IMG/VR virus record: IMGVR_UViG_3300021197_000592
Location: 34,439 to 98,438 of that record
DNA length: 64,000 bases
DNA from: a virus
Direction: 5' to 3' (one strand)
Shown here: positions 39,376 through 49,209 of the stretch, piece after piece
How the letters are laid out: each line of letters begins with the position of its first letter
Numbering within the stretch: position 1 is the stretch's first letter
Program-made: the position numbers and the translations under genes
The notes under the pieces: generated by a model
Databases searched by the model: none
The model's input: the letters and a program-made list of their open reading frames with translations, nothing else
What the model was told of the DNA's origin: nothing

Positions 39376-40194
39376 TCACCTCGATAGATAGGGTGCTTTG
39401 ATGAGCAACCTGTTTGGTGAGTAGAACATAACAGGACTATCATCCTTTAGGAACACACTTACAAGCCCATTGACGAAACCACTGAATGGCCCGGTGAACT
39501 CAACGGTTGAATCAACACCATCGGCATGTACCATATCCACTGTCACCTCGACTCTATCAACCTCGGTCTTCTTAGAAGATATCGTGAGTTTGGTATCCCT
39601 TGTGTTTGAGTTTGGTAACACATCACCAGATGTGAAGTCAAACTTGTATCTAGCCAAGTTAAGCACATCACATGCCTTTGCCGCATCGACTACATCATCC
39701 TCAAGCAGGGTAACCACACTGTCAAACAATGTCTTACCAAACTGCACTGTACCCAACTGACCCGCTCTCTGTGACCTCGATAGTGGGTCAAGGTCGTAGT
39801 CCAATATCCTGTTTATCATATCCATGTGTGGATGTGTCAGTGCCTTGGACAATGATGCCTTCTTGGTACTATCAGTCATTATTATGTGGTCATTGCAGGT
39901 GAAGGTCATATCACCACTGAACACCTTTAGATGTTTGAGAACGTTGTCGATGTCAATGATACATGCTCCTTGACTAACATCCTGCTCATCCGTAAAGTGG
40001 TGGTCTATTCTACAGGCAACAGACGGACTTGCATTCGCAATCCTCAATTCACCTGTATCCTCTACTGACATCATTGCATAATCAGAAAGTATGCTGTTCT
40101 TCGATGATGTACCATCGTAATACTTACCCTTTAGGTATACGTCTTCTAAGTAATTCTTCAATTTTTTTGCTTCTATTTCTATTTTCATAACCAA
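39376..40194 (-). CDS. pcn: DNA sliding clamp (PCNA-like)
   Basis: ~270 aa, two-domain clamp-like pattern ending DDSPV...LLIKAP; adjacent to polB; PIP boxes present in PolB and RFC-L. Confidence 0.7.
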   Translation of the reverse strand: MVMKIEIEAKKLKNYLEDVYLKGKYYDGTSSKNSILSDYAMMSVEDTGELRIANASPSVACRIDHHFTDEQDVSQGACIIDIDNVLKHLKVFSGDMTFTCNDHIIMTDSTKKASLSKALTHPHMDMINRILDYDLDPLSRSQRAGQLGTVQFGKTLFDSVVTLLEDDVVDAAKACDVLNLARYKFDFTSGDVLPNSNTRDTKLTISSKKTEVDRVEVTVDMVHADGVDSTVEFTGPFSGFVNGLVSVFLKDDSPVMFYSPNRLLIKAPYLSR

Positions 40195-41087
40195 CTCTCC
40201 TCGTTAGCCGCATCACAGATTCCGTAGAAACTGCAACTCGCGCACGTTCTTGCGAAGTATTTCGTAGGGAAGATGCCTTGCTCATACGAGTGTAGCATCT
40301 GTGCGATACCCTTGATGACTGATGTGTAACTGCCTTTCTTCGCTGGTTCCACATACACGTAGTTTGATGCAGGATAGAACCAACCCCAGTGTGTGATTGG
40401 CACATCACCGTCAAGACCGTGAGTTTCCAATAGTTCTCTTGGGCAGTTCTCAAACAACAACTGATAGAATGCCATCTCCTTCCTCATCATTGTTCTCTTG
40501 TAGTCCTTCCAAAGACCAGTCTTCAATTCCATTGGAATATAAGACCCCTCTTCGTAGAACATGCGGTCTACTATTCCCTGTAGATGAACCACGTAGTCTC
40601 TAGAGAGGGGATACTTGTCTGTCGTGTCTGCATCTATCGTTATCTCTGCGTCAAACATAATCTCATTGACGACAGGCACGAAGTTATCCAACGTTCCTTC
40701 ATCCTTAGACTCTAGAAACCTATTGGCCTCAAAGATGGATATTGTCTCGTACATCTCACTGTAGTCATCTATGGGATGTAGGCTCATGTTGTAGTTTACG
40801 AGTTCCGAGTAGGAGAGGTTCTCCGCCTTCTTTATGTCGAAGGCATTGAAGAAGTCCTCTCTAGCATTGTGAACGATAGTTCCCTTTGCCATTGCCTCAG
40901 TCTGGTCTTGGGGCAACCTCTCGATATAACTGAACTCGTACTTCTTGGGACACCACTGATAGGAACCGAAAGACGATTTCGTTATCTTCAAAACCGGGGC
41001 TTCGGGATTATCATAGTTCTCAGGCAAGAACTGATATGTGTACTCTCTCATAGTTCTCCTTCCTTGAGGAAGGGAAGACCAGACCAA
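40185..41087 (-). CDS. Cas4/AddB-like PD-(D/E)XK exonuclease
   Basis: YQWCPKK, GTIVH, GIVDR, ELKTG, C-terminal CxxCxxxxxC Fe-S ligands. Confidence 0.85.
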   Translation of the reverse strand: MVWSSLPQGRRTMREYTYQFLPENYDNPEAPVLKITKSSFGSYQWCPKKYEFSYIERLPQDQTEAMAKGTIVHNAREDFFNAFDIKKAENLSYSELVNYNMSLHPIDDYSEMYETISIFEANRFLESKDEGTLDNFVPVVNEIMFDAEITIDADTTDKYPLSRDYVVHLQGIVDRMFYEEGSYIPMELKTGLWKDYKRTMMRKEMAFYQLLFENCPRELLETHGLDGDVPITHWGWFYPASNYVYVEPAKKGSYTSVIKGIAQMLHSYEQGIFPTKYFARTCASCSFYGICDAANEESWL

Positions 41088-41950
41088 TCAACCTTGCCGT
41101 TCTCGATAGAGAGAACAGTATGTCTAGTACCAATCAGTTCGGGTCTACTAGCACTTGCCTCAATCAATGCGACATATGTGGTAGGCCCGTTCTTCTTTAT
41201 CTTGCGCTCCATTCTGATTGTAGATGTGAAGATGTCCTCTGTGGAGTCATGCCAATTGGCGACTACACCAACGGGGTTGGCATCCACGTACTTCTCCTTT
41301 GAATGTGCTATCACGACTCTGTGACAGTCCATCTCTAGTATCTTCTTGTGCAAGAAGTTCTTGTATGGCGTGTTCCTATCTCCCCATACGAAAGGCATCT
41401 GCTTGATTACAGTGTCAGCATCTAGGTTGTGCTTGACTCGCATGTATGTCTCACACACATCAGTCAGGAACTTGTCGGCCCCATCGACTATCACTGCTTT
41501 CAGTTTGCCATCTTTCAGGTATGACATAGCCTCCTCGTAATGCATCTGCGCATTGTGCTTGGTGGCATCGATGTCTACCAATGTGTCAGGATGTCTCTCA
41601 ATGGGATTGAACACAACGAGGTTCTCGATGTTGGCGTAATGATTCCTCTTTACGTCAATGAACCTATTGTCATAGTCCCATACGAAGACATGCATATCAT
41701 TCGCTATATCCTCTTCCGTGAGGATATCTGCGGCTATTCCGGACTTGGCTGATTTAGCCTCGCCCCAAATACCAACACAAAGGAAGTTCTTGTTCCTCTC
41801 CTGCGCTTCCTGTCTCTTAGCGAGATACGCTTCCCTTCCCAATGCAAAGGAACCCTTCTCTTTTTCAGTCGTTGTTATTGCTTCTGTCTTACTTGTACTC
41901 CATGCCATTCTCATCACCATTCTCATCATAATGTACCATACTATTTCCAC
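41048..41950 (-). CDS. AAA_24/Sak4-like P-loop ATPase
   Basis: Walker A variant GEAKSAKS, VIVDG, IAHSKE; between SSB and exonuclease. True start probably MAWSTS. Confidence 0.65.
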   Translation of the reverse strand: MEIVWYIMMRMVMRMAWSTSKTEAITTTEKEKGSFALGREAYLAKRQEAQERNKNFLCVGIWGEAKSAKSGIAADILTEEDIANDMHVFVWDYDNRFIDVKRNHYANIENLVVFNPIERHPDTLVDIDATKHNAQMHYEEAMSYLKDGKLKAVIVDGADKFLTDVCETYMRVKHNLDADTVIKQMPFVWGDRNTPYKNFLHKKILEMDCHRVVIAHSKEKYVDANPVGVVANWHDSTEDIFTSTIRMERKIKKNGPTTYVALIEASASRPELIGTRHTVLSIENGKVDWSGLPFLKEGEL

Positions 41951-42185
41951 AGGTTGTTAGTATCCTGTTGAGGTCTTCGTATGAAACCTTCAATCTCACT
42001 TCCTTACCAGACATTGTGTGGAGTTTAACCCAAAACTCGCCTGTCTCATGGTTCTTCTTCCAAGTAACGAAGTCCACGTTACTAGCGGGGATAGCGTAAC
42101 TACCCCCATGTATCACATGGTCATCATCTCGATAGTTGCTGATGTGATACGACTTGTAATATCCCTTGCTCATGAGAAAAACCAA
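41889..42185 (-). CDS. Hypothetical protein
   Basis: 98-aa ORF within the operon. Confidence 0.55.
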   Translation of the reverse strand: MVFLMSKGYYKSYHISNYRDDDHVIHGGSYAIPASNVDFVTWKKNHETGEFWVKLHTMSGKEVRLKVSYEDLNRILTTCGNSMVHYDENGDENGMEYK

Positions 42186-43390
42186 TCCGTTTCTTCTTCC
42201 TCGTTGAACTCAATAGCGTCAGGGCTACCGCCTCTTGACTTGAGAACATGAAGTCCTGTCACGTTTATCGTTACGTTCTGTAGGTTGCCTTCCATGTCTG
42301 TTGACTGTGAGGTTCTACCTACTACAACCACGTTTGAACCTATACCGAACTCAATCTCCATGTGTGGTGGTATCCAACATGTGGTTCCGCTCCAACCATC
42401 ACTGTCAAAGTCGAAGTCGGTGTTCAGGTCATCAAGCGTCAGAATCCTGTTACCGTTCTTGGTAGGAGTCATGTTGATGCTCGTAACACTGCCATCAGTG
42501 AAAACGAACCTGTCGTTGTATTCCTTCTGTCCGACTGTGCTGTGGAACCTCTCCAAGTCAATCAGCGGGCTGAAGTTGCCTTCTGACTGTTCCATGAGGG
42601 AGTCCTGTATCGATATGTCAGATACATCCATTGCATCAGGTAGGTCACTGTTGTAGACCAGCGAAGAAGCAGTTGTGTCTGTGACACCGTGTATCCTCTC
42701 TGCCCTGCTTGAGTTGACGATGCATGTGAACTGCACGAACTCAAACGTCTTCGGATTGAAGTTGACCGAGTGTGGACCCTTGTAGTTGAAGAAGTATTTG
42801 CCTAGATTGCCAGCAACCTCTCCAATGAACACTCCTCCTCTCCTGAATTCTGACTTCGGTAGTGGCTTGCCGTAGTTCTTGTTGACATACGTGCCGTACT
42901 TCTCAGTCGCATCAAGAGGGACTAGGAACTCTCCACTGTCCAACTCAACGTGGTTCTCAGGTAGTTTGGGGAATACTCGGTTCACGACCTCCCCATCCTT
43001 TACCATTGAGCCATCATACTTTCCATCATTCATGGGTGTGAAGATAGCAACCTTACCCATGTCAAACGTAGTGTCTGCGTCCCTGTGGTAATCTGCTAGA
43101 ATCCTATCCCTCTGTATTGCCATCATGTCCCTTGCTTCGTCAACGGATATGAAGAAACCAAAAGCAGTCTTCAATAGGTCATTGTCACCTGTTGATGATG
43201 CTGGTCTTTGCTGTGCTAGTCTTGCACTGCTAAAATACTGTCTCCACAGTCCCTTGGCTAACAGAGGTTCATCTGTAGCATTCAAATTGTTCTGAGCGCA
43301 GATGTCGTTGAACTTAGCCAACGCTTCCTCTTCACTCATGCCGAGTAGTTCGGCGGCTTTCTTTATCTCATTCATTATTTCATCATTCAT
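42170..43390 (-). CDS. RPA-like OB-fold ssDNA-binding protein
   Basis: C-terminal OB fold (GSVTSI..ILTLDD..TCW..GSNVVVVGR..INVTG) and acidic-aromatic tail EETDWFFS. Confidence 0.7.
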   Translation of the reverse strand: MNDEIMNEIKKAAELLGMSEEEALAKFNDICAQNNLNATDEPLLAKGLWRQYFSSARLAQQRPASSTGDNDLLKTAFGFFISVDEARDMMAIQRDRILADYHRDADTTFDMGKVAIFTPMNDGKYDGSMVKDGEVVNRVFPKLPENHVELDSGEFLVPLDATEKYGTYVNKNYGKPLPKSEFRRGGVFIGEVAGNLGKYFFNYKGPHSVNFNPKTFEFVQFTCIVNSSRAERIHGVTDTTASSLVYNSDLPDAMDVSDISIQDSLMEQSEGNFSPLIDLERFHSTVGQKEYNDRFVFTDGSVTSINMTPTKNGNRILTLDDLNTDFDFDSDGWSGTTCWIPPHMEIEFGIGSNVVVVGRTSQSTDMEGNLQNVTINVTGLHVLKSRGGSPDAIEFNEEEETDWFFS

Positions 43391-43658
43391 TTTTATTCAC
43401 CTTCTTTCTTGTTTGTAAGATTTCCAATATGGCTTCTGCACTTATGACAACACCTGCCAATATCCAGAACCAATCGGAATCTAATGTCCATACCCCTGCT
43501 AGTTTTAGCATGGGCAATATGATTAGGAGTACACCCCCAACCAATATTATCTCATAGCGTAGCATCAAGTGTTTGATGTCTTCTATGTCCGTCTTTCCGT
43601 CTTTGTTAAAATCTAATATATTTCTTACCATTTTAATTCCATCTTCTATCATTATCAA
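43383..43658 (-). CDS. EF-hand-like motif + 2-TM membrane protein
   Basis: DFNKDGKTDIED loop, two hydrophobic helices, basic C-terminus. Confidence 0.6.
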   Translation of the reverse strand: MIMIEDGIKMVRNILDFNKDGKTDIEDIKHLMLRYEIILVGGVLLIILPMLKLAGVWTLDSDWFWILAGVVISAEAILEILQTRKKVNKNE

Positions 43659-43715
43659 ATATTATTTTGTATAGCCCTCTCATTATTACGAATGCAAAGA
43701 AGACCTCTATTCCAG

Positions 43716-44627
43716 TCATATCATCTGTCCTATCATCCAAGAAGCAAGTACCTTTGGGGTCATGCTATTACTCCGCCACTCTGCTTCTCCGACAACACGT
43801 AGTAATTTGAATTTTTCATTGGGTGTCATATCCGTCTTGATGATGGTATCATGCAATCCAACGCATACAGCCTTCATCTCAACAGAGTCGTATAGTAGGT
43901 TATGCACTTTCTCCACCGCATTCGTATATTCATTGTTATTTACTAATTCTAATAATTCAGTGTAGGGCATCAACTGTTTGTCTATCATGTTTAGCAGACT
44001 GGACTTGCTTGAAACAGCCGCTTGTAACTCTGTCAGCCCTCTCCTCAAGTCTCCATGTAGGGAGCCTATGAAGATTTCCAAGTCATCCTCGCTGATGTGA
44101 GTGACTCTTTCCTTTTCCAGTACATCGAATATTACATTCCTAATGGCATCGTTATTCAGTCTCTTGAATGAATAGTTAGCGCATCTCGATATGAGAGGGT
44201 GGATAATCTTGTGCCTGTCATTGCAAGTTATGATGAACCTACAGTTGTCAGCATACCTTTCCATTATTCTCTTGAGCGCATTCTGCGCATCTCTAGTCAT
44301 ACCGTCCATCTCATCAAGGAGTATAATCTTGAATGGTGCTTCACCTATCTTGCTCGTTGAAGCAATCTCCTTGATTCGGGTTCTGACTGTCTCCAACTTC
44401 CTGTCATCTGATGCATTGATTTCAAAGAAGTTAGCCTTGACATCATCACCTAGCATATCATTCGCTAGGGATAGACCTGCGGCAGTCTTTCCTACACCCG
44501 CTATACCATACAACAGGACGTTTGGCATCTCTTGATTAGTCACCCAATGCTCTGCATCTAGCACAAAGTTAGATTGTCCTACGACATGCATTAGTTTGGT
44601 TGGTCTGTATTTCTCTGTCCATAGCAT
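43716..44627 (-). CDS. rfcS: Replication factor C small subunit
   Basis: LWTEKYRP, GIAGVGKT, EINASDDR, ILLDEMD, SRC, GDLR. Confidence 0.95.
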   Translation of the reverse strand: MLWTEKYRPTKLMHVVGQSNFVLDAEHWVTNQEMPNVLLYGIAGVGKTAAGLSLANDMLGDDVKANFFEINASDDRKLETVRTRIKEIASTSKIGEAPFKIILLDEMDGMTRDAQNALKRIMERYADNCRFIITCNDRHKIIHPLISRCANYSFKRLNNDAIRNVIFDVLEKERVTHISEDDLEIFIGSLHGDLRRGLTELQAAVSSKSSLLNMIDKQLMPYTELLELVNNNEYTNAVEKVHNLLYDSVEMKAVCVGLHDTIIKTDMTPNEKFKLLRVVGEAEWRSNSMTPKVLASWMIGQMI

Positions 44628-44896
44628 TACTCATCACTCCTCATCTCTGCAAGTAGCAGATTAGTCCTGTCCATGAAACGATTTATTTCGTCCTCAGACT
44701 GTTGCCTAAATTCTAGCATCTGTAGGGTTAGTTCGTTTGCTTTCTTATTGTGCCATCTAATGATGTCCATTGCTTCCATAGCAATCTGTGCAGGATACCC
44801 TACCGCATTGCTTACCTTCTCTATTATTTCATTTAGATGTTCATTATGATTTCCATTCATGTTTATTCCTCCTCTAGTTCTCCAATGTACTGCCAT
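44627..44896 (-). CDS. Hypothetical coiled-coil protein
   Basis: ORF within the operon; start probably MNGNH. Confidence 0.5.
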   Translation of the reverse strand: MAVHWRTRGGINMNGNHNEHLNEIIEKVSNAVGYPAQIAMEAMDIIRWHNKKANELTLQMLEFRQQSEDEINRFMDRTNLLLAEMRSDE

Positions 44897-45138
44897 TGTC
44901 CTGTTTGTTCTGTGACTGACGGGTGGAACCGAAAGTCGGGGTGTATTCTTATCAGACTAGTTAGTTGTATGGCAGTAGTAGCCGCTTGTTGGCTTATTCT
45001 TCCACTAACTCCGATGTAGTTATTCATATAATGTCTCATTTCCGAAAGGTAGAACGGTTCTCTTTTCTTCATCTTACCGAACTTTACCATTGCTCTTTTC
45101 TTGTATTTGTGCTTAATTGGCCCAGCCATCACAACCAC
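44863..45138 (-). CDS. Basic hypothetical protein (possible winged helix)
   Basis: K/R-rich; helix-turn-strand pattern ending GQWQY. Confidence 0.5.
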   Translation of the reverse strand: MVVMAGPIKHKYKKRAMVKFGKMKKREPFYLSEMRHYMNNYIGVSGRISQQAATTAIQLTSLIRIHPDFRFHPSVTEQTGQWQYIGELEEE

Positions 45139-45980
45139 TCCTCAAGGGTTCCCTGTGGAATGATTGGAGCATATCGCTTCTTCCTCTTCTTCTCACCTAA
45201 CTTCAACATCCTACATTCAGTGTTGTCTAGTTTGGTTTTAGCATATTCCTTGAATTGCTCGTCCTTCAACAAGTCCTTCAATAGATGAGCATCTGCTCTC
45301 CTGAGTCTCAACTTATAGCATATCTTTGGTATGGTGGAATACGCCCTTCTCTTGGGCATTACCATCTTTCTCTGCATCCTGCCATCATGAGAGTATGCTA
45401 ACATCTCGTAGAAGTATTCGTTAGACCACCTTCTTTTCACATAGAAGTCAATGAATCCTAGTTTGTTGGGGTGTATGTTCGGTGCTATCCAAGACAGTAG
45501 TTGTATGTCTGGTGGTTTGCTCACCATCAACATGTCCTTCACCTCCTCCCTGTCAGTATTACGAAGGTACTCACGTATCAACGAGAAGATATCCACATCG
45601 AAGTTCACTGGTTCGTCTGACCTTGGTGCTATCTCCTTAATCTCCTCAAGCATCGTCTTCTTCGTAGCCCTCTTCAACTGGCAGATGCTCAACAGTTTCT
45701 TGGATACATCCTTCTGGTTGTCAGATAACAGGACTACCTGTCCTCTGTATTCCAATATCGTCTTGCGTATCAAATCGATGTTCGCTCTGTAATGCACCTC
45801 ATCTATTATGATACCACGTTCAGGTGGCATCGAATAGTTGTCAGTTATGTCATACTCATTGGCATATACAACTATCGGGTCATCGGAAACGAAGGTCATT
45901 GCCTTCTTCATCTTCTCTGTGTCTGTCTTCCCTACTACTATTATTGCTCTATTCTGATTCATCGTTTTCTTTAGGCTCAT
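45129..45980 (-). CDS. Degenerate RFC large subunit-like protein
   Basis: Decayed Walker A (VGKTDTEK), IIIDEV, LLSWI..N, C-terminal PIP-like QGTLEEWL; near rfcS. Confidence 0.65.
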   Translation of the reverse strand: MSLKKTMNQNRAIIVVGKTDTEKMKKAMTFVSDDPIVVYANEYDITDNYSMPPERGIIIDEVHYRANIDLIRKTILEYRGQVVLLSDNQKDVSKKLLSICQLKRATKKTMLEEIKEIAPRSDEPVNFDVDIFSLIREYLRNTDREEVKDMLMVSKPPDIQLLSWIAPNIHPNKLGFIDFYVKRRWSNEYFYEMLAYSHDGRMQRKMVMPKRRAYSTIPKICYKLRLRRADAHLLKDLLKDEQFKEYAKTKLDNTECRMLKLGEKKRKKRYAPIIPQGTLEEWL

Positions 45981-46275
45981 CTATAACCCTCACTTCCATT
46001 ATCTCTTCGTACTTCGCTTCGCATTTATCACAGTGGACTTGAAGTATAAACCACTTCAAATTGTTCTCTTCCTTCACACCAGCCTGATAACCGAAGTCAT
46101 TGTTACCACACTCCACACAACCGCGCTTGACTCTCTCAAAGATGTGGTGTTCTATTATCTCCGCATCTGTGACCATATTCGCCTTTGTTTTGTTCAGGGT
46201 GACAGTCACATGACAAGCACCACAGAGTTCCCCCACTGAAGAGGGGCGAAGATTACAGCGCGGGCATCTCTTCAT
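45949..46275 (-). CDS. Double Zn-finger protein
   Basis: Four CxxC pairs. Confidence 0.65.
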   Translation of the reverse strand: MKRCPRCNLRPSSVGELCGACHVTVTLNKTKANMVTDAEIIEHHIFERVKRGCVECGNNDFGYQAGVKEENNLKWFILQVHCDKCEAKYEEIMEVRVIDEPKENDESE

Positions 46276-46667
46276 ATGGAACCCTTCATCTCCAATATCT
46301 TGTCAAGTCCCTTTTGTGTCAGGTGTTCGCCATTCTGACACATCTCCAATATGTCTCGGAAGACATGCCAAAATGGATTACAGGGTAAGTCGGGTATCAA
46401 TTGCCCACAAACCTTGTCTACGTTTTCCAATCCATTGATTAGTAGTATCGGCCTTGGTCTAGCCTTACTCTCCTTTTGCTTGTATGTGGCGTCTATCTCA
46501 TGTTGTAAGAGGGAGCGCTGTATCGCTGAAAGAAACACACCATGTCCCCTCAATGATATTCGTAGTCTCACACGATACCCTAGTCTCACACCATTGTCCT
46601 TTGCAACAATAACCTCTGGTTTGCTTGATGCCAGCATTATACCTTGCAGTTGGTGTCTGTTAAACAC
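46272..46667 (-). CDS. LAGLIDADG-fold protein, probably catalytically degenerate
   Basis: QLQGIMLAS..GYRVRLRISL..L..IQ..L and HLTQKGLDKILEMK tail typical of single-motif LAGLIDADG proteins; acidic catalytic residue not evident. Confidence 0.6.
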   Translation of the reverse strand: MFNRHQLQGIMLASSKPEVIVAKDNGVRLGYRVRLRISLRGHGVFLSAIQRSLLQHEIDATYKQKESKARPRPILLINGLENVDKVCGQLIPDLPCNPFWHVFRDILEMCQNGEHLTQKGLDKILEMKGSI

Positions 46668-46698
46668 AGGCCATCGTCTGCAAATTGGTATTAATATT

Positions 46699-48228
46699 TT
46701 ATGCCATTGCTACAACGTCTTCCATCTTGTTGATGTCCGAAACATATTTGTCTCTTCTGATTCTCTTTACCCTTGGAAACCTGACTGAGTATTTACCGTC
46801 AACATCCCTCGTTATCAAATCGGCTGTTATCTCAATGACCACTCTTGGAAGAAAGTGGAAGGTGTTGTTGTCATATACATCCACTATTCTCTTCAATTCG
46901 GTGGTTAACACCATCAAATCAGTGTCAGAGAATCCACTGCCCACGGAGCCTATCTCTGTAAATTGCCCATGACCATCGTTTACCGATACACCAAACGAAC
47001 CGAATACATCTGACCTCTTGCCCTGACCGTACTTAGCAGATGTGATAACAACGTCAAGTTCTATTCTCGCTGGCTTGTGTTTCAGTATGGTCTTAGACCT
47101 CTTGCCTACATCATATGCCATTGTCGTGTCCTTTATCATCACACCCTCATAACCCAAACTTATCGCTATATTGTAAGCGGCTTCGATTGAGTGGTTGTTA
47201 TCCCATGATATTGCCCTGTATTCACTAGGAAAGTCCTGAACATGGCTTAGTCTGGTGGAGTATGGTTTGTCTATCATCGACTCTTCCATGTAATACAACA
47301 CATCGAAGATAGCGAGATTAACAGGACACTCACGAACTGCCATAGCCTTGTCTTTGGAATGTACTCTTTTCGCAAGTAACTTATGTTCAGCAGGTCTACC
47401 TCTGGTATCAATGGGATATATCTCAGTATCAACAATAAACTGATGAGCATTGAATTGCTTCACGATGTCAACTACATCAGGATACTGCTCAGTAACAACA
47501 TTGCCCTTCCTATTGAATATGATGACACTATCATCCATTCTGTGTATCTGGTATCTGTTGCCGTCATACTTCACATCAACGTGATAGTGTTCTGGAATTT
47601 TACCATTGAAGGGCTTTGCCAAAACGCAAGGTATGAACCCCCCATGTAAAACTGTACATGGTGGGGTTTGTTCATTAACGAGATACCTGTAGACAATCGA
47701 AGCCTTGTGGAACTTACCATAGAGTAGGACATCTTTACCAGAGAAGTAATCTGCTAGTGCCTTCTCTACTGTAGATACTGATACACCGTTCCTCGGCGTT
47801 CTCAACCAGTACCGCAAGAACCACTTGAGTTCAATACCTGACATGTTGTTAACTGACTCCTTGAACAAATGATAGGATTGCCCATCACTTCTTGCGCAAT
47901 CCATTGTCAAGAGATTCATCAGTGTCTTCAATGAGATGTCAGAATCCTCCTTGTCCAAACCAATGAACTGATTCATTCCCTCTCCGATATCAGACCACGT
48001 TCTTTCCGCGTTTTCTACTTCTTCATCGAAGATACCAAACGATGTTGCTATCCATTTCCTCGCAGTCTTCTCTCCGATGTTATTAGATTCATACTCCTCG
48101 CATAGTATACGAACAAACAACTCACCATCAGAGAAGGAAGACAGGTTCTCGGATAGAGTCTGTCTCTTCTTCGTTGGCTTCTGCTTCTCTAATACTTCAC
48201 ATAGTCTACTGAACTTACTCAGCGTCAT
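46699..48228 (-). CDS. lig: ATP-dependent DNA ligase
   Basis: KYDGNR, DTEI, FDVLY, EGVMIK, KHK, DVVI, VGSGFSD, RFPR..RIR.DK. Confidence 0.95.
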   Translation of the reverse strand: MTLSKFSRLCEVLEKQKPTKKRQTLSENLSSFSDGELFVRILCEEYESNNIGEKTARKWIATSFGIFDEEVENAERTWSDIGEGMNQFIGLDKEDSDISLKTLMNLLTMDCARSDGQSYHLFKESVNNMSGIELKWFLRYWLRTPRNGVSVSTVEKALADYFSGKDVLLYGKFHKASIVYRYLVNEQTPPCTVLHGGFIPCVLAKPFNGKIPEHYHVDVKYDGNRYQIHRMDDSVIIFNRKGNVVTEQYPDVVDIVKQFNAHQFIVDTEIYPIDTRGRPAEHKLLAKRVHSKDKAMAVRECPVNLAIFDVLYYMEESMIDKPYSTRLSHVQDFPSEYRAISWDNNHSIEAAYNIAISLGYEGVMIKDTTMAYDVGKRSKTILKHKPARIELDVVITSAKYGQGKRSDVFGSFGVSVNDGHGQFTEIGSVGSGFSDTDLMVLTTELKRIVDVYDNNTFHFLPRVVIEITADLITRDVDGKYSVRFPRVKRIRRDKYVSDINKMEDVVAMA

Positions 48229-48436
48229 CTATATCATCCACTATCTTATTGAGAGCCTTTGAGAGTAGCACTGCTTCTTCCATGTTCACTCTCAGTCCTT
48301 TCTTGGTGGGTTTTCCGTTGTTGAACCATCTCAGGTCAACTACATCCAACTTCCAATACTTACCGCTCTTCACAATAACTTCGTTGTTTGAGTCTCTTTG
48401 TATTCTTGCTATTATCTTCCAATCATCATTGTCCAT
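48215..48436 (-). CDS. PC4/Sub1-like ssDNA-binding protein
   Basis: VDLRWF..GKPTKKGL signature. Confidence 0.85.
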   Translation of the reverse strand: MDNDDWKIIARIQRDSNNEVIVKSGKYWKLDVVDLRWFNNGKPTKKGLRVNMEEAVLLSKALNKIVDDIDDAE

Positions 48437-48836
48437 CTTGTATTCCTCCTTTGAATTCCTGTAGTTGTACTAATGACTTGAAGTATCTAGGAGACTCCAA
48501 TTCATCTACTCTGTGTGCTACCCATACAACACCACCCAGACTACTAATCTTCACTAGTTCATATGTCTTCTCCCCAACTTGAAACATATCCTCTGTCTCC
48601 ACATTAGGCATCAAACCAAAATGCTTGGTTAGTTCAAAGGATATGGAATTTAGATTCTCAGCAACATACTGAACAATCAGGTGTCTCTGAATAGGAACCT
48701 TAGCATCAACAGTGACTTCTATTCTTCCCCTCATTTCACATACCCTACATTTGTTTCCCTCACATATGGGGCAGGGAATCTCAGCAGGTAGTGGTGCGGG
48801 GAACCTAACAGTCACTGCGCGTTTCACAGTTTCCAC
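48426..48836 (-). CDS. Zn-binding hypothetical protein
   Basis: CPICEGNKCRVC motif. Confidence 0.6.
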   Translation of the reverse strand: METVKRAVTVRFPAPLPAEIPCPICEGNKCRVCEMRGRIEVTVDAKVPIQRHLIVQYVAENLNSISFELTKHFGLMPNVETEDMFQVGEKTYELVKISSLGGVVWVAHRVDELESPRYFKSLVQLQEFKGGIQDGQ

Positions 48837-49207
48837 AACCTATACACAATCGTACAGTTGTAGTCATAGCCCTTCATCTCCATCAAATCCATTGTGACTT
48901 CACCCATTGCAGGTGCATGTTGTTGCTTGAACATTACATCCCTTACTATGAAGTAGGGTTTCATCTCAACTGTTAGATTGACAGTCTCGTTATACATGGT
49001 CACACTTGCTGAGTGTATCTCTACAAGAGTGGAGTTATCTCCGAATGTAATCACAGGTAATGTGCTATTGTTGGTATCCTCGTATGTGAAGTTGTGATAC
49101 TCCGTAGTCCAGATGGGGTCATTTCCCTCAACTGGTGGGTCGGGTATCATCTCTGCACATCCAGCGAGAGAGGATGATACGAGAAGTAGTATTACCAAAC
49201 TCCTCAT
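48824..49207 (-). CDS. Lipoprotein with multiple N-glycosylation sequons
   Basis: Signal peptide with LAGC lipobox; seven N-x-S/T sequons. Confidence 0.75.
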   Translation of the reverse strand: MRSLVILLLVSSSLAGCAEMIPDPPVEGNDPIWTTEYHNFTYEDTNNSTLPVITFGDNSTLVEIHSASVTMYNETVNLTVEMKPYFIVRDVMFKQQHAPAMGEVTMDLMEMKGYDYNCTIVYRLWKL

Positions 49208-49209
49208 AT

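Noticed and set aside
40185-41087. Cas4-like gene as part of a CRISPR-Cas system
   Set aside because: No cas1/cas2 or array. It sits with an ATPase and SSB, typical of a viral recombination module.
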